From the IMG/VR virus record IMGVR_UViG_3300045994_000081, positions 1 to 54,024 of that record: 54,024 nt of DNA; one strand, 5' to 3'. Source of the stretch: a virus. Taxonomy: Duplodnaviria; Caudoviricetes. The notes beneath the pieces were generated by a model, which searched no databases, had not been told where the DNA came from, and was given only the letters and a program-made list of their open reading frames with translations. Shown here piece by piece: positions 9,107 to 16,047 of the stretch (position 1 is the stretch's first letter; the number at the start of each line of letters is the position of its first letter). A program made the translations under genes and the position numbers.

Positions 9107-10033
9107 TTAAAATAGCTCCTGAACAATAGATTTGAATTTTGTGTAATCGTTCTGCTCGTTCATCATCTCGCCAAGACGACCGTAAGCCCATAGATTATAC
9201 ACCGCACGGGATTCGTAAACTGTAGACAGACGTTCGTAGTTGAAACCGTTGTCTTCCAGCATTTTCATGACGTAAGCTTTTTCTATATCTGTCAGCGTGC
9301 TCAAGTGCTGTCCCGCGTCGTGTCTGCTAGGACTTTTATCTGACACGGAAATCGGGCCGTGATCAGGTGTGATAATACCGCCGAACGCAGCGGTCTGAAT
9401 CCATGAGCTAGAGTCCACACTCCACCACGGATATTTTTCCATAATTGGAACCGCTGTAATACCGAACGCATGAACTTTAAGCCTAGGTCTGCCACTTCCG
9501 TCAACAAGATATTTATCCCACATTCTATCCAACCATGTGGACAATTGCGCACTGGACCTGCCTACCATCCCGCCCAAAGTAATGTAATCGTAATTGGCAA
9601 CGTACCATTCAAGATATCTTTCGTCTTCGCCCACATGGAAGCAAGGAAGCGGTTTCGCGCCAAGGTATTCCATGTGAAGCTGGTTCCGGTAAGTTTGCAG
9701 CGGGTCACCAATACCGTCCAAAACAGACGCCATCACAACCCCGTCTTCAACGCGCCAGATATCCAGGTTACGCTTTATATATTCACAATAAGTGGGTAAG
9801 TCAATTGTGACTCCTAGCGTATGCGCGGAGAACGCGCCTGAGTCTAGAAAGACCTTCGCGCCGTTTTCCCTCATATTGTCAACGTACCGTTGCGCGCCAA
9901 TATAGTGATAAGACTCGAGGATATTCGGGATGTTATTATTCACAATTTCGCACTCGCGCTCGTTGAGCTTAAGATAGCGATTTTGGTTCTTCATATAGTT
10001 ATTTGTATAGACTGCGGCGGTGTATAGGTTCAC
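9107..10033 (-). CDS. dpdA: TGT-like 7-deazaguanine DNA transglycosylase (DpdA family)
   Basis: TGT-type motifs FLDSGAFS, PCFH.GE, LGG, HAFG, SVDSSSW; adjacent to preQ0 synthesis genes. Confidence 0.8.
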   Translation of the reverse strand: MNLYTAAVYTNNYMKNQNRYLKLNERECEIVNNNIPNILESYHYIGAQRYVDNMRENGAKVFLDSGAFSAHTLGVTIDLPTYCEYIKRNLDIWRVEDGVVMASVLDGIGDPLQTYRNQLHMEYLGAKPLPCFHVGEDERYLEWYVANYDYITLGGMVGRSSAQLSTWLDRMWDKYLVDGSGRPRLKVHAFGITAVPIMEKYPWWSVDSSSWIQTAAFGGIITPDHGPISVSDKSPSRHDAGQHLSTLTDIEKAYVMKMLEDNGFNYERLSTVYESRAVYNLWAYGRLGEMMNEQNDYTKFKSIVQELF

Positions 10034-10054
10034 AAGTTGCTCCTTTCATACGTT

Positions 10055-10083
10055 AGTATAACACCGCAATGAATAGACGATAA
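10055..10083 (-). promoter_or_regulatory. Possible promoter for dpdA-clamp-pol
   Basis: TTATCG-N17-TATACT with TG upstream of the -10. Confidence 0.45.
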
Positions 10084-10112
10084 CGGACGTATTTAAGTTC
10101 ATACGTCCGTTA
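10081..10112. terminator. Stem-loop between folE and dpdA
   Basis: 12-bp inverted repeat TAACGGACGTAT / ATACGTCCGTTA. Confidence 0.6.
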
Positions 10113-10118
10113 GATAGT

Positions 10119-11051
10119 TTACTTAGACAGACTTAAGAATTCAGACCGAGCTTGCGCGTCATCTTTAATCGCACCGCGAAGACTTGTGGTCACAGTGTGA
10201 TGGCCTTGTTGACAAACTCCTCGCGATTCCATGCACAGGTGACGAGCTTTTATAATTACGCCAACACCGATGGGATTCAGGTGTTCTACCAGCGCGTCTG
10301 CAATCTGGTCGGTCAGTCTTTCCTGCACTTGCAATCGGCGCGCGAACATGTCAGCAAGTCGAGACAGCTTGCTGAGTCCCACAATTTTCCCGTTCGGTAT
10401 GTAGGCGATAGACACGGTTCCAATAATAGGCGCGATGTGGTGTTCGCAATGGCTATAGATTGGGATGTCTTTTACCAGTACCATCTGATCATAATTTTCA
10501 GCACCGTCTTCGAATACCTTCAACAGCGTTTTCGCGTCTTTACCGTACCCGCTGAACCAGTGCTTCCAGGCTTTAACCACACGAGCAGGCGTCTCAGCTA
10601 GACCTTCCCGCTCTGGATTTTCACCTATGAACTGCATCATACGGACAACCGCGTCCGTCGCGCTTTCGTCTTCACCCTTGCTGGTGACTTCCCATGGAAA
10701 CACAATCCAGACGTTCTTGTAGACTTCGCTCGTAGTCTTATCAATAAGCGCAAAGAAAGGAATGCCAGGGTATTCATCGCAATACTTGCGCATGGTAGAA
10801 CCGCTGTCGATCAGGTCGTCTACAAAGATATCCGCGTCGAGAGGGTCTTCCGCCATCTTGCACTGGATCGCATAACGACTCAACGCATTACCCAGCAGAT
10901 AAGCGACCGGAATTCCGCCACGAGGTACGGCGTAAATCTTTATGATTGTCGTACCGCTTCCCGCACGGGTAGACAGTACATATTCTGAAATAGTTGATGC
11001 AAGACTTGCCGCAAGGGATACGACTTCTTTGTGGGTCAATTTCGTTTTCAT
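10119..11051 (-). CDS. folE: Fusion of type I phosphoribosyltransferase domain and GTP cyclohydrolase I
   Basis: N-term AVPRGG, IFVDDLIDSGST (PRPP loop), WIVFPWE; C-term ETPARV, SHCEHH, GLSKL, RRLQVQERLT, HLCMESRG. Confidence 0.92.
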   Translation of the reverse strand: MKTKLTHKEVVSLAASLASTISEYVLSTRAGSGTTIIKIYAVPRGGIPVAYLLGNALSRYAIQCKMAEDPLDADIFVDDLIDSGSTMRKYCDEYPGIPFFALIDKTTSEVYKNVWIVFPWEVTSKGEDESATDAVVRMMQFIGENPEREGLAETPARVVKAWKHWFSGYGKDAKTLLKVFEDGAENYDQMVLVKDIPIYSHCEHHIAPIIGTVSIAYIPNGKIVGLSKLSRLADMFARRLQVQERLTDQIADALVEHLNPIGVGVIIKARHLCMESRGVCQQGHHTVTTSLRGAIKDDAQARSEFLSLSK

Positions 11052-11060
11052 TCGGTTTCC

Positions 11061-11555
11061 TTAAAAAGTATAAGACGCGCTGCATTTTGCAGTCTCGTCA
11101 ATTGTAACGCTTTCAAGCATGACGCCTGTTCCCGCCAACTGTTGCGGACCAATTACGTTCACAAGATACTGCGCCATATTTTCCGCAGTCGGGTTGAACG
11201 GCAGCCATACAATAGAATCGTTCGTATAGTCTTCCGGTCCAATGTCTTTCCGAACAGAAAACTCACGCGCCATGCAATCTGAAATCCGATCCATAACGTC
11301 ATCATCTTCCCATGCCAGGAACTTGTGATCCCAGTTGTCTTCTAACCACATACACAGGCGTTCCTTAACAACGCCAAAGTCAATAACGCGACCAACACTG
11401 TCAAGCTGTTTCCACTGGTCGTCAATACAGTCCGCAACGCAAGTGAAATGGATTCGATAGTTGTGGCCGTGTAAGTGTCTGCATTTATTTTCGTGACCTA
11501 CAACGCGGTGTCCTGCGCTTATGTCATGGTATCGTTCTACGCGGTGAGTTCCCAT
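11061..11555 (-). CDS. queD: 6-carboxy-5,6,7,8-tetrahydropterin synthase
   Basis: AGHR, CRHLHGHNY, DFG, WDH, NPTAEN, ET motifs. Confidence 0.93.
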   Translation of the reverse strand: MGTHRVERYHDISAGHRVVGHENKCRHLHGHNYRIHFTCVADCIDDQWKQLDSVGRVIDFGVVKERLCMWLEDNWDHKFLAWEDDDVMDRISDCMAREFSVRKDIGPEDYTNDSIVWLPFNPTAENMAQYLVNVIGPQQLAGTGVMLESVTIDETAKCSASYTF

Positions 11556-12271
11556 TACTTACTCCAATCTTTCAGCTGTTCAAGTACAGGATTAAACATT
11601 CGTGGCCATAGTTCAGGATACATAGAGAAGCCCGCGTTTACAAAACCTTCCGCCTGACTTTTAAGATACTGCTCTTTGGTAGGCAGAATTACAAAATCGG
11701 TTATCAGTCCCGCTTGTTTTGCCCAAGGTCCGACAACAGAAGCGACCTTATAATTTCGCATATTGTGTCTGAAATTAAAAAGGACGTATTTGTAAGGGTG
11801 CGCGGTAAGAAACTCTTTCATTCGTCTTATGCCTACTTGAATATAAAGATCGTCGTGTTTCTTTTCACCGTGCGCGTCATAGTTAAGATACGGGAATTGC
11901 CCTTCTGCTTCTATTGGGATAAGACCGCCATTTGAATGAATTACAAGGTCCGCGTATTTTTCAAAATGCTCAAGATATACTTTCCACTTTCTGCTGAGGC
12001 TATAAGGTCTTGTCGCGGTGCAAAGGCTGAACAGTACCACGTTATGCCCTTTGGTATGGCCCTGAATAACGGATTGAAACGCTCGCTCCATTACCTCGGA
12101 ATTCAGAACGTCAGGGTCGTGTCCTTGGATGCCAGAAAGCGGACCCCAGTCTGCTTCAGGCACAAGCAAAGACCCGCCCTGCAAAATAGTCTTATCCGCA
12201 CGACCTTTCGTACCTTGCCATTCTACTTTTCTCGTCTTGCCTCTGTAAGGGAATTCTCTGAACTGTTTCAT
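11555..12271 (-). CDS. arcS: Archaeosine synthase (ArcS) core-like protein (DUF5591-like)
   Basis: LCTATRPYSLS matches the ArcS PC...KPYS.S motif; GLIPIEAEGQFPYLNYD matches G.vP.E.E..yP...YD; sits between queC and queD. Confidence 0.7.
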   Translation of the reverse strand: MKQFREFPYRGKTRKVEWQGTKGRADKTILQGGSLLVPEADWGPLSGIQGHDPDVLNSEVMERAFQSVIQGHTKGHNVVLFSLCTATRPYSLSRKWKVYLEHFEKYADLVIHSNGGLIPIEAEGQFPYLNYDAHGEKKHDDLYIQVGIRRMKEFLTAHPYKYVLFNFRHNMRNYKVASVVGPWAKQAGLITDFVILPTKEQYLKSQAEGFVNAGFSMYPELWPRMFNPVLEQLKDWSK

Positions 12272-12287
12272 TTGAAGTTATCTCTTT

Positions 12288-13043
12288 CTAGATAGAATTG
12301 TAATTATCGGTAGAAGGCAACGCCATCAGTCCTTCGTTCACGGCACGCACTACAAGCGGATCAGGTAAACCTGCTTGTTCAAAGCCATCCGCACGAAGTA
12401 CGTTGGCATGATTCATATCCGTAGGCGGGTACTTTCCGTCATAGCTTGTATGCGTATAAGCAAGCGCGTCCCAGCATTGCCAGTCTTTATGCGCAAGTCT
12501 TACCGTAGACGCTTTGTCCAGATACATTAAAGGCGTCCAGATGTAAATATAGCCTTTTTCGTTGCGGTTGTAGCCCAACGCTTCGTTAATGTACTTTTCA
12601 GCAGCGTTTATAAACGTATCTCGACAGTCAGAATAATTTGCGTTATCCATCTGACAGACGCCCGTCACCAATGTGGTCATTCCCAAAGCCTCAGCGCGGT
12701 TTGCGGCAATGGTAAGAAACAGCGCGTTTCGCATTGGGACAAAAGTCAGTTCGCGTCGATTGCCAATTAGCGTGTCCATCTGAACCGCGTTCTCATACTG
12801 CTCAAGCGCGTTTTCGCTGGTAAGCGGTGACATCGATATTAAGCAATTGGGAACCTTGATAACTTCGTGGGTCACGCCTGCAAGCTCCGCAACCTTGGCA
12901 GCAGCTTTGATTTCAATAGCGTGTCGCTGCCCGTAATCAAAGGTAATTGCATGAACATTTAAGGCGCCAAAGCGTGCGCAAGCAAGGAAAAGACAGGTTG
13001 TAGAATCCTGTCCGCCTGAAAGTATTACAAGAGCTTTTTCCAT
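12288..13043 (-). CDS. queC: 7-cyano-7-deazaguanine (preQ0) synthase
   Basis: LSGGQDST PP-loop, FDYGQRH..E, TFVPMRN, YSDCR, TPLM. Confidence 0.92.
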   Translation of the reverse strand: MEKALVILSGGQDSTTCLFLACARFGALNVHAITFDYGQRHAIEIKAAAKVAELAGVTHEVIKVPNCLISMSPLTSENALEQYENAVQMDTLIGNRRELTFVPMRNALFLTIAANRAEALGMTTLVTGVCQMDNANYSDCRDTFINAAEKYINEALGYNRNEKGYIYIWTPLMYLDKASTVRLAHKDWQCWDALAYTHTSYDGKYPPTDMNHANVLRADGFEQAGLPDPLVVRAVNEGLMALPSTDNYNSI

Positions 13044-13765
13044 TATTCAACTCCTAATAGTTTGTGGATTTGCAATTGCAGCGTGTACCCGTGCGTCATA
13101 CACGAGTCAACAACCGCTTGCAGGTTTAGCGCGTTAAGTTGCGCGTCTTTATAGTCCGCGGGCTGCAAGTATATAGGACCAAAGAAATCCTCAGGGGGTC
13201 TTGCAACGCCACCCTCGGAGCAAGGGTGTTCAAGTACATATTCGGGAAGACCGTCGTCCGCAACGTCACCCGCGCTTAGGACGTACTTATACGCGGATAT
13301 CAAAGGTGCAAGCTGACCATTAATCTTTCCAGTCTTAGGACTGCACACTACGAATAGGGCATCCGAGCGGGAGAAGTCTAAGCTCGCCCATTCGTAAAAG
13401 GACAGGGCAGGGGGTGGAAATGTGCCGTTCGTTTCGATCTGTACGGTGTAATCGTTTGCAAGAAGCAACTTACAAAGCTCGGTTATATTCTGGCGGAACG
13501 GTTCACCGCCAGTTATGACCACAAGGCACGCAGCATTCCGCAGCATCCGCACACCTTGCAGAATATCAATTGGTGTCGCGTTATAGCGGTTCACAGTGTA
13601 TTCAGTATCGCATTCAGGACATTGTAGGTTGCACCCTGCAAGACGTACAAATACAGCGGGACGACCTGCAAAAGGACCTTCGCCCTGAATGGTATAAAAG
13701 ATGGAATGTACGCTAAGGACGCCAAACTCATTGTTGACGTGTTTTTCAGGAAGTTGGTTGTTCAT
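13043..13765 (-). CDS. queE: 7-carboxy-7-deazaguanine synthase (radical SAM)
   Basis: IFYTIQGEG, GCNLQCPECDT (CxxxCxxC), TGGEP, IETNG, SPK, LQIHK. Confidence 0.93.
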   Translation of the reverse strand: MNNQLPEKHVNNEFGVLSVHSIFYTIQGEGPFAGRPAVFVRLAGCNLQCPECDTEYTVNRYNATPIDILQGVRMLRNAACLVVITGGEPFRQNITELCKLLLANDYTVQIETNGTFPPPALSFYEWASLDFSRSDALFVVCSPKTGKINGQLAPLISAYKYVLSAGDVADDGLPEYVLEHPCSEGGVARPPEDFFGPIYLQPADYKDAQLNALNLQAVVDSCMTHGYTLQLQIHKLLGVE

Positions 13766-13783
13766 TATAAATTCCGTAAAGTT

Positions 13784-13805
13784 GCAAGCGCGTCTCCGCG
13801 CTTGC
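13784..13805 (-). terminator. Stem-loop (GAGA tetraloop) upstream of queE
   Basis: GCAAGCGCG-N4-CGCGCTTGC. Confidence 0.55.
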
Positions 13806-13841
13806 GGTTTCGGGTAAACCTTGAAGGTTTAATAGAAAGAG

Positions 13842-14405
13842 TTATTGTGCAGCTTGTTCACCTTCGGTCGTTGCTGGTACAGCAGGTTCAGCAGGTACAA
13901 CGATCTTGGCAACACGTCCTTCAACGCCGTTGTATTTCTTCCAGCGAGCGTATTCGCAGCGGACGTTGGCTTCGTTGAGGCCCAGTTTACGAGCTTCTTC
14001 CAGCGCATTAGAAACCGGAACAGGTTGACGCAGCTCGCCGCTCAGACGGTCGAACATTGCCCAGGCTTGACCGCAAAGACCAGCAGCGCCAGGACGACGG
14101 ACGCCGTTTTGTTCTGGCCCGCGTTTGGCTTCTTTTGCAGCCTTGGCAGCAGCAGAGGCGTCAGCCTTTGCAGCAGTTGAGGCAGCGGTAGCAGCTTTCT
14201 TGTCTTCAATTGCTTTAGCTTTTTCAGCTTCTTTTGCAGCCTTTGCAGTGATCTTTTCTTCAGCCTTTACAGCGTCAGCAGCCTTCTTGGCATCAGCCTT
14301 TGCAGCCTTTTCTTCAGCTTTCTTTGCGTTCAGTGCGTCAGCTTGTGCAGCCTTTGCAGCGGCCAGTTCTGCAGCGATTTGTTCAGCGGTCTTTTGGTTT
14401 TCCAT
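13842..14405 (-). CDS. Ala/Lys-rich protein with conserved C-terminal domain (paralogue of 15232..15936)
   Basis: AK-rich helix followed by QNGVRRP..GLCGQAW..FD...NVRCEYARWKKYNG. Confidence 0.75.
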   Translation of the reverse strand: MENQKTAEQIAAELAAAKAAQADALNAKKAEEKAAKADAKKAADAVKAEEKITAKAAKEAEKAKAIEDKKAATAASTAAKADASAAAKAAKEAKRGPEQNGVRRPGAAGLCGQAWAMFDRLSGELRQPVPVSNALEEARKLGLNEANVRCEYARWKKYNGVEGRVAKIVVPAEPAVPATTEGEQAAQ

Positions 14406-14458
14406 TTTGTTCTCCAGTGTAAGTTTCTAAATAAAGTTGTCGTGTAGCGGACGTCCAA

Positions 14459-14487
14459 ATAATACAAGCGAAAGGTTTGATGTACAA
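14459..14487 (-). promoter_or_regulatory. Sigma70-type promoter
   Basis: TTGTAC-N17-TATTAT; overlaps ACAAGCG direct repeats. Confidence 0.6.
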
Positions 14488-14510
14488 GCGTTTATTTCAC
14501 AAGCGACCCG

Positions 14511-14948
14511 TCAAACTTCCCAAGGTCTTTTTATGCCCTCCATAGGTTTAATTAAGAACGAGGTGCCTACGGGGCTGTTTTGCGCGTCGTTTGCGGGTGC
14601 CTGTACCTTTGCCGCGACCGCTGTACGCGGTGCGCTTGCATGTGGTAAAGAATGCGCGGGTGCTGGGTTAAAGAGGGTCTGTTGCGCAGGGTTTCCACAC
14701 GGTTTAGCTTTACACAAGCGAGCAACAGCTTTCAGCATACTTTCGCGGTCGCCTAAAATGGTTCCCATTACCATCCCCGTGTTCCGATACAACAGTTTCA
14801 GCTCCAAAAGGGTAAAGGTACGAAACGCATTCTCGTCGCTTAGATCCAGCTTAACAAAGGGGAGTTTAGAATGCGCTTCCATAGCAGACCACTGATCCGC
14901 GTAAGTACAGACAAGCGTCATATTATAACGGTCAATAACGGCGTACAT
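14511..14948 (-). CDS. Hypothetical protein
   Basis: 145 aa ORF in operon orientation. Confidence 0.6.
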   Translation of the reverse strand: MYAVIDRYNMTLVCTYADQWSAMEAHSKLPFVKLDLSDENAFRTFTLLELKLLYRNTGMVMGTILGDRESMLKAVARLCKAKPCGNPAQQTLFNPAPAHSLPHASAPRTAVAAKVQAPANDAQNSPVGTSFLIKPMEGIKRPWEV

Positions 14949-14949
14949 G

Positions 14950-15192
14950 TTATTGCCCCGCTTTCGTGTACTGGGTGCAGACGCTATGCACGTCAGGAAT
15001 CCAGTTGGTCGTACCTTTTCCAGAGGCGGTCACAATATAAGTCGTTTCCACCTTGTTTGCTGTGCAGATCCACTGATCTTTGCGAAGTCCGAATTTTTCA
15101 GCGTGTGCGTCGTCGTAAAGGATATATCCTAAAAGAAGGACAAGCGCAACGCATCCCAAAATAATCAACCAATCCACGTTAAGTCTGTTCAT
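14950..15192 (-). CDS. Small single-TM membrane protein
   Basis: WLIILGCVALVLLLGYIL; strong SD. Confidence 0.7.
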   Translation of the reverse strand: MNRLNVDWLIILGCVALVLLLGYILYDDAHAEKFGLRKDQWICTANKVETTYIVTASGKGTTNWIPDVHSVCTQYTKAGQ

Positions 15193-15208
15193 TTTATTCT
15201 CCTTAAAT

Positions 15209-15224
15209 GCGCCCCGAAGGGCGC
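15209..15224 (-). terminator. cUUCGg hairpin after 15232..15936
   Basis: GCGCCC-TTCG-GGGCGC-ATTT on the minus strand. Confidence 0.6.
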
Positions 15225-15231
15225 GTCTGGT

Positions 15232-15936
15232 TTACTTGCTAACGCGACCGGAAATCCCGTGGAACTTGCGCCAAGCGTAATATTCGCACGCTACATTATT
15301 CTTATTCCAACCGTTAGCGTCTGCAAGCGCAGGAAGTTCTTTAGCAGTTACAGCGCCATCTCTTGCTTGAATAACATCCAGTGCATCCCATACCGCACCG
15401 CACAGCGTACCAGCAGAGCGACGGACTACGCCGTTTTGTTTTTCGCGTCCTTTTTCAATTGCGTATCCCTTTGAAACATTTTCGCGGGTACGTCCTGCGC
15501 CTTGTCCTGCGCGGCTGGTAAAAGGTTTACCGTTTAAGAAGTATTCGTGTTCACAATGGTTGCAATACAACGCAACTTCTTTTTCAGGGTGATTGTAAGT
15601 CTGGTCTTCTTTTATACCGCAATTAGGGCAGCAGCTTCCGTCTTGTGGGTGCGCTGGAACTTCCTTAACTGGTGCAGCTTGTTCAGCAACCTTAACACCG
15701 TTTTCACTGACCTTTTTACCATCACGCACAACAGTCACCGTCACAGCGACAGGAGCTTCTTTTTCAACTTTGACGTTATCTGCGTCATCTTGAATGCGTT
15801 CTGCAGCGTCTACATCAAAACCCCACTTTCCGTCTGTACCTTCTACCAGCAGCATTTCAGCAGCTTGCAGAGCAGCGACGCCAATTTTAGAAAGAGCGCG
15901 TTTAGCGTTAGACTTATTGGAAGCGAATTTTAACAT
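15232..15936 (-). CDS. Zn-ribbon protein with conserved C-terminal domain (paralogue of 13842..14405)
   Basis: CPNC...CNHC; QNGVVRR..GTLCGAVWDALD...NVACEYYAWRKFHG. Confidence 0.75.
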   Translation of the reverse strand: MLKFASNKSNAKRALSKIGVAALQAAEMLLVEGTDGKWGFDVDAAERIQDDADNVKVEKEAPVAVTVTVVRDGKKVSENGVKVAEQAAPVKEVPAHPQDGSCCPNCGIKEDQTYNHPEKEVALYCNHCEHEYFLNGKPFTSRAGQGAGRTRENVSKGYAIEKGREKQNGVVRRSAGTLCGAVWDALDVIQARDGAVTAKELPALADANGWNKNNVACEYYAWRKFHGISGRVSK

Positions 15937-15989
15937 TTTGTTCTCCTAGTGATTGGTTGTAAGTTGGATGCGCTGCACCCATGACCAGC

Positions 15990-16018
15990 ACTATAGCGAT
16001 GAACTTTACGTCGTGCAA
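15990..16018 (-). promoter_or_regulatory. Sigma70-type promoter
   Basis: TTGCAC-N17-TATAGT. Confidence 0.7.
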
Positions 16019-16047
16019 GCGATTTTTGAATTATTTCTAAATTATTT

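Noticed and set aside
14440-14530. Third, nonsense-truncated paralogue of the shared domain (…WEV*RVACE…)
   Set aside because: Similarity is only a few residues and the downstream DNA is the promoter of the next gene
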